Origin: Amoeboaphelidium occidentale
Lineage: Eukaryota
Reading direction: 5' to 3'
DNA length: 64,000 nt
Assembly: GCA_023515795.1 (NCBI GenBank)
Contig: JALGPX010000001.1
Span: 124,001 to 188,000 of the forward strand
The position numbers and the translations under genes are program-made. The notes beneath the pieces are model-generated. The model ran no database searches, was not told the origin of the DNA, and was given only the letters and a program-made list of their open reading frames with translations. How positions within the stretch are numbered: the first letter of the stretch is position 1; the number at the start of each line of letters is the position of its first letter. Of the stretch, positions 1 to 8,472 are shown piece after piece.

Positions 1-977
1 GTTCACTACAGAGTTACAATCAATCGAATCAAGTAACGAAGCATTACCATCATTTAACCATTTCTCTAGACCAGGATCAAATATCAACAGTCCATTAGCA
101 ATACCATTCGCAACAGCATCAGCCACAGCTAATAATCAGTTTCCTACTTAACTGCGCATAAAAGTTTACCTTGATCTCCTTTGGCATTAGGCACTGATGT
201 TTCTATGGTGCACCAAGCATTATACTTTCCAAGTGTATCAGTGACTTCGTATGGTAGAATAACAGCTTCTCTGTGACAGAATCTTTCAAAGTAATCCACG
301 AAATCTTTACCGTCAATAAATACTTTTCCCTCGCCGTGATTCTTTGCTTCTGTTAGCCAAACATGTGCACAAACTCTTCTTCGGTAACCAACAGCGTAAC
401 CTCTTCCTTTATCATCCAATAAAGTATGCGTAACAGCTTCTTCTAGTTTAGCATCAACAGCACGGAAATCCTCCAACATTTCATTCAGTCTTGCATCACT
501 AACAACTCTCTGCGCCAAAGCCAAACTATTCAATTTGCTAATGATTTCCTGATACTCTTCAGAAGCGATTTTAGTTTGCCATGTTGCGCTCAATTGTTTA
601 TCTGAAGCCCAGCGTGGATACTTGATTGCTTGTCCAAGAGCATTAACTAGAGGTGCTCTCAGGATTTCCTTTGAATACTTTCTCAGATAGAAATCCAATT
701 CATAAAGCGTATCGTGTATAATTGGCCTTCCGGTAAAATATGATGGTGAAAGCGATTTCTTGAGCTGCTGCTGCTGTTGTCCCGATGATGATCTTTGTGT
801 CTTATTGTATGCATCCGCTTTGAACGATGTCTCGTAAGATTTCGCGCCTATTCGTGTGTAAAAGTCGTGCGGGTCGATATCAGGCGTGGCAGTAGAGAAT
901 GCTGCAGCAGAGGTACGCCTTAATGAGAGGCTTTTTAACTGCCGCGATATCTTTTGGCCAAATGATACAGACAGCAT
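1..977 (-). CDS. MRPS9: Mitochondrial ribosomal protein uS9m (runs off the left edge)
   Basis: Basic, Ser-rich presequence; S9 domain 'GYAVGYRRRVCAHVWL...GEGKVFIDGKDFVDYF'. A 41-nt GT-AG intron (129-169) restores 'DQAVADAVANGIANGLLIFDPGL'; a further intron lies near 6-47. Confidence 0.85.
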
Positions 978-995
978 TGCGCAAAATTCAAGAAT

Positions 996-1595
996 CTATT
1001 TCAATTTCAAAGCTGCTCCTTCGATATTCTTCACAGCGCTCTTAATTTCTTGCAACTCCATTAGAATAGCTTCATTGGATGAAGAAACGTTGGAAGATGT
1101 TGGAGCGCTACGGACAATTTTTACTCCGGACATTCCATCGTGAGCTGCAGAATGATGACCGTAAACCAGGGCATCACGCTGATCAAGAATAGCCTGTTTA
1201 ACCTCCTCAGGATTAACAGGGCCATACAAAATCAATTCCGGAAGTCCGTTGGGTCCGGAATTACCTGCGGTTTCTACTTGAAGGTTCTTCTGACCAAAGT
1301 GTCTCGATACTGGATCAGCCACCAACTTCATATCCTGGATTCTGTCCAAAGGAATCGTACGCTCTTCTTTGGTGAAAATCCCAGTGTTGACCTTCAAGTG
1401 TTTATCAGTTAGAACGGCCTTTTGTGCTTTCGTATACTGTTGGGCAAAGTGTGGTATGCAAGGCAAGCAGACTATTCCAGCGCCGGTTGCAATAGCGAGA
1501 AAGCTCCAAATGCAGCATACTGGATACCAAGAATCTTCAGAGAATTGAACTTCCATGATTCTGACATCTTTTTCAATCAGTTTTTCTTCTGTCAT
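996..1595 (-). CDS. Membrane protein with bacterial-type PH domain (bPH_2/YdbS-like)
   Basis: Cys-rich hydrophobic N-terminal segment, then 'LTDKHLKVNTGIFTKEERTIPLDRIQDMKL...P...RHFG...LQVETAG', typical of bPH_2; C-terminal coiled coil. Confidence 0.75.
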   Translation of the reverse strand: MTEEKLIEKDVRIMEVQFSEDSWYPVCCIWSFLAIATGAGIVCLPCIPHFAQQYTKAQKAVLTDKHLKVNTGIFTKEERTIPLDRIQDMKLVADPVSRHFGQKNLQVETAGNSGPNGLPELILYGPVNPEEVKQAILDQRDALVYGHHSAAHDGMSGVKIVRSAPTSSNVSSSNEAILMELQEIKSAVKNIEGAALKLK

Positions 1596-2203
1596 CCTTG
1601 AGATTAGCCAAGAGTTCAGATATTAGCTAGAGGTTTAGAGTTTGGCTTTCTAGAAAACCTTGATAGTTCTGGATTCCTAAGAGGGTTTCTATGATCAACT
1701 ATTTGTAGAGCGCAAGGTACAATATTTTATATATAAGCAGTTGTCAACCTTGATCTAAGAAACAGTCCTTAATACACTCAGCAGAAGAAGAAAAATCAGT
1801 CACTTTTTATGAGCAACTAATGTCACGAAAACACCTTAGCAACCATGGATAACGGTCCAAACAACCAATCATCCTGCAAATACGCCAACACACAGTCATT
1901 TCGCTCGACGAGATCGTCCCAGCCCCAAAAACGTGTAAAGCCCCGAAGTCTATGAGACAAGTAAAACTTTTTAATTCAGCATAAGATGACGTGGAACATT
2001 TTTTACCAAGCTGCGATTATACATCAATTATAAAAAACGTCTGCCCAAGGGATGAACTGAAAATGTTCGCACCTTTGAGTGCATACTTTATGCTTCTGGA
2101 AGGAAAATGTCCCACGCACAACGGAGAGTTAGGAATTGATCAAAAAAATATTGGAAAACCCTTTTTAAAGTGCAAATTTATTTGAACATTAATTTTTCGC
2201 GGT

Positions 2204-3871
2204 TTAACTGAGCAGAATAGCCCTGAATGCCCTTTCGATTCCGGGAAACAGTTTTGCATTACCCCGTGTTTTTAAAGCAACCTGGCATCCACTCCATATA
2301 TCGCCTGTCGATGCTGGAGCGAGTCTAACTTCTCCGAGAACCATGCAAGATCCAGTAGATTTTTCTCCAACTGTGAATGAAACAAAGAAAACCAATTCAG
2401 GATACTGTTGTTTTGGTACTTCTCTGCTTGCAACAACATACACTCTGTTCATGGACAATTTATGTTCCATGACTCTAATGATTTCTCTTGCAGAAGGATT
2501 TTCTGACGGCATATTTGATCCTGTTATTGGAAACAATACACCTTGTTTTGCAAATTGATCAAAAAATCTAGCCCATGGTACACCACTAAATGCAAATGAT
2601 CTAGTTTGATCTTCTCTGACTAATTGTGATTTCCAAAGATCCAAGAATGTATTTTGGTCAAGTCTTGGCCCAAACTCAGAAGAAGACAATGATTGTGGTT
2701 CAATATCAAGACGTGAAACATATTCCATTTGTGGATGTTCTTGGAAAAATATGTGCATTGGAACAAGAGTGGAATGAGAAACTCTTATAGGACGTACAGC
2801 GCCATATATGCCTTCAGAGAATTTGTACTCAATGACCATGAATATTTCAGTCCATTCAGCCGTTGGGTCAGTTGGAATTTGTTGATTGTCTCTTGAGCAA
2901 ATCAAAGTTGCGCCAGACGTATGTGTTTGTCCAGGAGCCAGAATTTGACCTCCATCAGGATTCACTGGAAGTAAACGTGTTCCAGGCACAATCATCAAAC
3001 CAAATGCATTAGGCAGGATGGTCATGGTAAGATCTGTAATATAAATTCCGTTTTGGCTCGCATTAGCCATTCTCATAGACAACTTCATTTCATATTCGCC
3101 ATTGCTTGATTTAGTTTTTGCCCAAATACCTTGCAAATCAAGAACATGAGCATAACCAGTATCAATGTCAATTATACCAGATGAAAGGAATGCTTCTTGA
3201 ACGAGCAAGTTACCATCCTTGTGACTTAATAAGTTTGTGCGTGGAGAGGTTGGTGATGAGACTTTTTCCATCATTGCGCTTGAAGGCCTAGAGTCTGGTG
3301 GTTCCGTAATGATGGGTTCTGAAACGGCGTACTGAGGCTGAGAATAAACATTTTGTTGTGGTTGTTCTTGTAAATTAGAGTAAGAGCCTCCATAGTTCAT
3401 GTTTCCATAGCCAGCATTTGGATTCTGGTTCTGATCGTAAGAACTTTGAAGCATTGGCCTTTGATAGCCTGCATTTACTTGTGGCGTTGCGTAGCCTCCA
3501 TTATTGAACAAACGCTGCTCATTCGCTTGCACATAATATGTTTGCTGAGTAACAGTTGTCTGTGAAGGTGTCTTTGCTTGAAGGGTTGGATTTGATACTA
3601 CGCCACTTTGTACGTACTGCTGTTGGTGTTGCTGATAATGCTGCTGTTGCTGATAGCCTTGACCCATTTGTTGACCATTTCCTCCTGTGGCGCCTGAGTA
3701 TCCACCAGAGTAAGCGTAACTAGCAGATGACGAGGAATATCCACTGTAAGCCTGAAACTGTTGTTGCTGCTGTTGCGGTTGCTGTTGTTGAGCTGATTGC
3801 ACTTGCTGCTGACCAACAGGAACTTGGTTCATCCCTTGTTGATTATGAAACATGTTATTCTGATAGTTCAT
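2204..3871 (-). CDS. Q/N/Y/G-rich low-complexity protein with C-terminal beta-adaptin appendage (ear) domains
   Basis: Intact 555-aa ORF. C-terminal half resembles the AP-1/AP-2 beta ear: 'ITDLTMTILPNAFGL', 'LDQNTFLDLWK', 'KLSMNRVYVVASREV', 'VLGEVRL', 'VALKTR'. Confidence 0.65.
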   Translation of the reverse strand: MNYQNNMFHNQQGMNQVPVGQQQVQSAQQQQPQQQQQQFQAYSGYSSSSASYAYSGGYSGATGGNGQQMGQGYQQQQHYQQHQQQYVQSGVVSNPTLQAKTPSQTTVTQQTYYVQANEQRLFNNGGYATPQVNAGYQRPMLQSSYDQNQNPNAGYGNMNYGGSYSNLQEQPQQNVYSQPQYAVSEPIITEPPDSRPSSAMMEKVSSPTSPRTNLLSHKDGNLLVQEAFLSSGIIDIDTGYAHVLDLQGIWAKTKSSNGEYEMKLSMRMANASQNGIYITDLTMTILPNAFGLMIVPGTRLLPVNPDGGQILAPGQTHTSGATLICSRDNQQIPTDPTAEWTEIFMVIEYKFSEGIYGAVRPIRVSHSTLVPMHIFFQEHPQMEYVSRLDIEPQSLSSSEFGPRLDQNTFLDLWKSQLVREDQTRSFAFSGVPWARFFDQFAKQGVLFPITGSNMPSENPSAREIIRVMEHKLSMNRVYVVASREVPKQQYPELVFFVSFTVGEKSTGSCMVLGEVRLAPASTGDIWSGCQVALKTRGNAKLFPGIERAFRAILLS

Positions 3872-4162
3872 GTGTTTGCTAAGTTAAAATAGTAAGTGGC
3901 GCTTTCTCACACTGATTTGCTCGAAAGCTCGGCGCCTAATCAGATTTGATCATCACGCAACGCCATTAATATTACATACCAAGATGGGAGCAAACATGGA
4001 GGAGTGCAGGAAAACATGCCATTTTCGCCTACACGTGATATTTTTACGCTGCAACTGCTTTACAATTTCTACCGAATATCTGAAACAACTGCTCCTTGTG
4101 ATCACCAAGCCAATCATTTCACTTCATGCAGAAATTCCCAAAATTTTTTGGAAAATTGAAAG

Positions 4163-5042
4163 ATGACAGGAAAGAAGCGCAGCATGGAACTCCTCAACGT
4201 TGGGGATGAAGATCAGCTAAAGAAAAAGCGATTGAGTAAGTTGTTTGATATGTCTGTAGGCACTAATGCTGAACTTTTGCGTGTATAGTCACACTAATGC
4301 ACGGAGGAAAAGGAAAGTCTTTGGAGTTTCAGCCTAATCATGAACGTATCGTTTCGCTATGATCTGTTTCTAATTCTTTTCTTTAGTCACAGATCGTGCT
4401 CGGATGTTTCTGCCTTTGCTACAAGAATCTAACGAAACCCTGAACGAGAATGATTCCATTGATCCTTTCGAAATTGTTTCAGAGAACGGCGAACATGAAA
4501 GCGAAGGGTCTGAAGAAGATTCCGATGACGTATTAAGCGATACCGATAGTTCCGTTAGTGAAGCTGAAGACGAAGAAGACGAAGATCTTTATTCCGAAGG
4601 CGTATCAGAGTCGCTTGNAGTGTCTGAAGAAGATTCCGATGACGGATTAAGCGATACCGATAGTTCCGTTAGTGAAGCTGAAGACGAAGAAGACGAAGAT
4701 CTTTATTCCGAAGGCGTATCAGAGTCGCTTGATCAAGTAACAGAATTTGCGCCACAGGAAGAAGATGAAATAATACGATTTCCCTCTATTGGTGGCAAGT
4801 TAGGAAAGCCCATTAATATCACAAACTTTAACTCGGAACAGGAAGAGGAGAACAGTACGGAGGGAGTTGCAGTAGAAATGGTAAGTTTTATGCGTAGCAA
4901 CAATCTGATTGGTTAGAACATTTTCATTGGTGCAGCATCTGACGAAGGCATGACCAATTTAGGTGTCGGTAACGAAGTTAACAGCGACCATGATGACGAT
5001 TCCGGTCTTTTTCATGGTTCTGAGGCAAGCGACTTGTCATGA
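4163..5042 (+). CDS. Acidic low-complexity protein of unknown function with basic NLS-like N-terminus (multi-exon)
   Basis: ATG at 4163 gives MTGKKRSMELLNVGDEDQLKKKRL. GT-AG introns at about 4236-4288, 4346-4387 and 4881-4916. D/E/S-rich body; TGA at 5040-5042. Confidence 0.5.
4508..4731. repeat. ~110-bp near-identical tandem duplication around a single N (4618); probable assembly overlap
   Basis: 4508-4617 repeats at 4622-4731 with one substitution (gacgta/gacgga). Confidence 0.85.
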
Positions 5043-5345
5043 ACCAAATGATTTCCATCAAGCTTTCAGGTTGAAACAAGTGCTTTTTGATAAGGATAGA
5101 AAGTGATCATTCAATATATATTGGTACTCGATTGATTTTGTCCAAGAATATCACAATTAATGCAAACACGTCTTCACTGATNNNNNNNNNNNNNNNNNNN
5201 TCATGAACCAAATGATTTCCATCAAGCTTTCAGTTTGAAACAAGTGCTTTTTGATAAGGATAGAAAGTAATCATTCAATATATATTGGTACTCGATTGAT
5301 TTTGTCCAAGAATATCACAATTAATGCAAACACGTCTTCACTGAT
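5037..5345. repeat. 145-bp duplication flanking N gap 5182-5200; probable assembly overlap
   Basis: 5037-5181 matches 5201-5345 with two substitutions (cagg/cagt; aagtga/aagtaa). Confidence 0.9.
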
Positions 5346-6587
5346 TATGGTAGAATCCACAGTCTTCAGAATGTATCTAGCATACAACCTTGCCATTGTT
5401 TCCTGTATTGCAACTTTTTTGTATGAAAAAGCATTATTAGTATTTTCTTTTGCTAGCATTTTATCTGACAATTCTCTGATGAATGATGCAAAGTGCAGAA
5501 GCAAGTGTCGATGATGTTGTCGCAGAAGCAATAAATAACATTTCAGAACTTGCACCAGATTTATCAAAGGAACACTAGGATAATCTTCCTTCTCAAAATA
5601 CGCTTTGTTGCTTGAGAATCCAGTTGATGCAATGTAAGTCATAGACGTTTGTTCAATATTTGACATGGACTCCAAACTATCGATAGTCTGGTAACGCGAT
5701 ACTTTCCCTTCGACAGGCTGCAACAGTTTACCCTTGAAGTTCACTGCAAAATACTCATAAACTTGACACAACCAAAAGGATTCTTCATCATTCAGTTTGA
5801 GATCCCTCACATTGCTCAGCCAGTTTCTTGAAAAGCATACCAGATCAACTATACTGGCGTTATCCAGCAGCTGTACGTCAACACTGTTTCCTGCGTTAAT
5901 TTCTGTATCGCATCTTAATTGTGACACTTTACCCTTGTCAGCAAGATCCAGATCGCTTAAGTCTTCCAGCACGGTCTTGGAAGAACTTCTTTCAAGAACG
6001 TGAATAAGAACAATATCTATAAACTTTGGAATGCAAGTACCGTTTCTCTCTGATACACAACCACAAATGTCGTATACTTTTTCCAAAGTGCTGCCCCAAA
6101 CAGGAATAGTTGGCATCTCGATAGTCCATGATCTTCTTCGTTCAGAGAGGTTAAAACCAGAGTTGATCGCCGAGAAATTGATCTCAGGCTTGCATGACAT
6201 ATTTCTTCGATTGCTATTACTATTACTAGAGATCCTTTCCTTGACTCTAACGAAGAATCGAGCCATTTTCCATGAATCGCATGAATACCGAGTTTCAGAC
6301 ATATGTGTTGACACAGGTCGAACCCATATCTTTTCAAACTTGCTGGGTACTATGTATTTGATCATTAAAGTATCTTCCAAGATCCTTATGGCGTCTTGTC
6401 TCAGTCGATCAGCTTCACCATCATACTTATTGATATCGCACAATGATGTCGCATCGTCATTATAGATTTCATCATAATCACTACCAAACAGATACTTGAT
6501 CAGTTCTTCTTTTGCGAGCTCTTCATCCTCGACATCTTTATAGAGCTTTGGCTTACGGTAAAACCATCGAAAATTCCTTGAGAACAT
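5271..6587 (-). CDS. Divergent RhoGAP-like domain protein
   Basis: 'IPVWGSTLEK...CIPKFIDIVLIHVLER', 'DLVCFSRNWLSNV' and 'LRQHHRHLLLHFASFIRELS...N...KKVAI' follow the RhoGAP helix pattern, but the EGxFR arginine-finger motif is not visible. Confidence 0.5.
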   Translation of the reverse strand: MFSRNFRWFYRKPKLYKDVEDEELAKEELIKYLFGSDYDEIYNDDATSLCDINKYDGEADRLRQDAIRILEDTLMIKYIVPSKFEKIWVRPVSTHMSETRYSCDSWKMARFFVRVKERISSNSNSNRRNMSCKPEINFSAINSGFNLSERRRSWTIEMPTIPVWGSTLEKVYDICGCVSERNGTCIPKFIDIVLIHVLERSSSKTVLEDLSDLDLADKGKVSQLRCDTEINAGNSVDVQLLDNASIVDLVCFSRNWLSNVRDLKLNDEESFWLCQVYEYFAVNFKGKLLQPVEGKVSRYQTIDSLESMSNIEQTSMTYIASTGFSSNKAYFEKEDYPSVPLINLVQVLKCYLLLLRQHHRHLLLHFASFIRELSDKMLAKENTNNAFSYKKVAIQETMARLYARYILKTVDSTIISEDVFALIVIFLDKINRVPIYIE

Positions 6588-6719
6588 GTGGAGAACTTCA
6601 AGAGGTCAAACAAGCACCGAAACTAAGATCATCGTTAAATGGCATCAGTATCACTCGGCGCATAAATATATTGCTAAGAGGTTGAGAAAGCACACCCTTG
6701 TGAACTTTCAAAAGTGTTT

Positions 6720-8432
6720 ATGGTTTTTCGTGCAAATACGGTTCCGGCAAAGCTTATGAGACTCGAGCAGATTCACTTGACACCACAGAGGAGGAATTAC
6801 ATACTTTGGCTTTCAATTATTGTCATTTCTGCGTACATCTACTCAGTCTACCATTTGTTTTCAGGGCTGAAACATATCCCAGCACCCTTCGACGATAACT
6901 CAAACCATCAAGTTCTTCTTCCGGAGGGGTCGCCTCCTAAGAAGGCACAAGATAGTGGTAAATCTGAGCAGAAGGAGGAACTACCCCAGCCGGAAGTCTC
7001 AAAGAAATCAAATGCTGAAGCAAAATGGTCGCATGATTATTCTGACAAGTATTTGCCTAAAAGGCTTCCTACGGAGGACGTCATTTACTGCAGAGGGATG
7101 GTAGAGGCCGGTGCAACTGTTCTCAGTAGTGGAACGACTTTACAGGATGAAGACTTTTACACTGCGCAAGGCGATGAAACGTGCAAGAATGTTTTTGATA
7201 GTTTCGACCATAAATATTCAAGGGATTTCAAGCAAAAGCCTTATACAATTACAGGAATGGAAAATGCTGATTTTAGGAGTTGCCCTGTCTCATGTATTTA
7301 CTCCCACAGCTCAACAGGATATTCTGATTTTGATATGGTAAGATGGGCTTTGAGGACTATGGAATCTGCTGTGTATTATCCACACACAAAAGTTGAAACA
7401 GCTCACGATAATGGTATTCAAGTTGTCATGACGCCTCGATTAGATTCCGATGTTCCTGTTGGTTATTTCTCTTGGGCAGAGTATAATTTCGGACAAGCAG
7501 CGCTTATAGCAGAAGACCAAAGCACTACTATGGCATCTGCTGTGATAAGTAATTGCGGAGGATCATCTCATAGACTTACTTCTATAAATTCTTTGGAGGG
7601 TAATGGAGTATCTATGGATAAGTTTGGTTCATGCTTTCAAAACAGATATCAGGGAAGCAAGTATGATGTGATCAAAAAGTACAAATTCCATATGGCCTTC
7701 GAAAATAGTATTGAAAAAGACTATGTTACAGAAAAATATCTTCAAGCTCTTGTAGTTGGTGTTGTACCGGTAGTTATCGGGGCTCCAAACATTCACGACT
7801 TTATTCCGAGTCCGAATTCTGTTTTGTATATTCCATCAGCAGAAGATGCTCCACGAGTTGCAGAACATATCAAGTATCTATGGAACAATGAAACAGCCTA
7901 CCAAGAGATGCTTGCATGGAAAACTGACGGTCCATGGGCTCCATTCTTGGCTTTAGTTGATATGGCAGTTGTTCATTCTTCATGCAGACTCTGTATTCAT
8001 CAAGCAACAAAGATGTATCTTAAAGAGCTGAATGAAAAGATTGATAAAGCTACTGGGTCATGTCTCTGTAAGGAAGCGGGAAAGGCATCTAGGCGGTACT
8101 ATCATAGATTATTGGTTCGTGAACGAGGAACATTCGAGTTCATTTCAGTCACAGTAACCAGAAAATCTCTTCAATCTAAGATTACATTCAAAGATTTATT
8201 TAGCACAATAATTAATACATTTAAAGAAGCCGGAGATCCTTTTCTACCAGTCTGGTACGGTCACAGGAAAGATTACCGGAAATCAGCTGAAGAACTCGAA
8301 ATTTATAAACTTTATCCTGTCGGACTTACTCAACGTGCTGCTTTGTATGGAAAGGAGGCCATAGATACAGATGAGGATGTTGATCTTCTTCTCGCACAGT
8401 CATGTCCGAAACTTGAAGTTATTTTTGTGTAG
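6720..8432 (+). CDS. GT10 core alpha-1,3-fucosyltransferase, plant FucTA/FUT11-like
   Basis: Type II membrane anchor; 'SNC' motif; alpha-1,3-FucT motif 'YKFHMAFENSIEKDYVTEK'. Plant-type blocks 'SDVPVGYFSWAEY', 'LVDMAVVHSSCRLCI', 'VRERG', 'YPVGLTQR', 'CPKLEVIFV*'. Confidence 0.9.
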   Translation: MVFRANTVPAKLMRLEQIHLTPQRRNYILWLSIIVISAYIYSVYHLFSGLKHIPAPFDDNSNHQVLLPEGSPPKKAQDSGKSEQKEELPQPEVSKKSNAEAKWSHDYSDKYLPKRLPTEDVIYCRGMVEAGATVLSSGTTLQDEDFYTAQGDETCKNVFDSFDHKYSRDFKQKPYTITGMENADFRSCPVSCIYSHSSTGYSDFDMVRWALRTMESAVYYPHTKVETAHDNGIQVVMTPRLDSDVPVGYFSWAEYNFGQAALIAEDQSTTMASAVISNCGGSSHRLTSINSLEGNGVSMDKFGSCFQNRYQGSKYDVIKKYKFHMAFENSIEKDYVTEKYLQALVVGVVPVVIGAPNIHDFIPSPNSVLYIPSAEDAPRVAEHIKYLWNNETAYQEMLAWKTDGPWAPFLALVDMAVVHSSCRLCIHQATKMYLKELNEKIDKATGSCLCKEAGKASRRYYHRLLVRERGTFEFISVTVTRKSLQSKITFKDLFSTIINTFKEAGDPFLPVWYGHRKDYRKSAEELEIYKLYPVGLTQRAALYGKEAIDTDEDVDLLLAQSCPKLEVIFV

Positions 8433-8472
8433 GCAATAGAAACTATTTAACTCAAAAATGTCTGACCGTTTA

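Noticed and set aside
1596..2203. ncRNA or RFX X-box-like site (ccttagcaaccatggataac, 1834-1853), and the 64-aa ORF at 1991-2185
   Set aside because: The motif match is imperfect, no RNA structure is recognisable, and the ORF has a non-ATG start with no homology signal.
4508..4731. Genuine 38-aa acidic tandem repeat in the 4163-5042 protein
   Set aside because: The copies join at an N, like the other three gap duplications; probably an assembly artifact.
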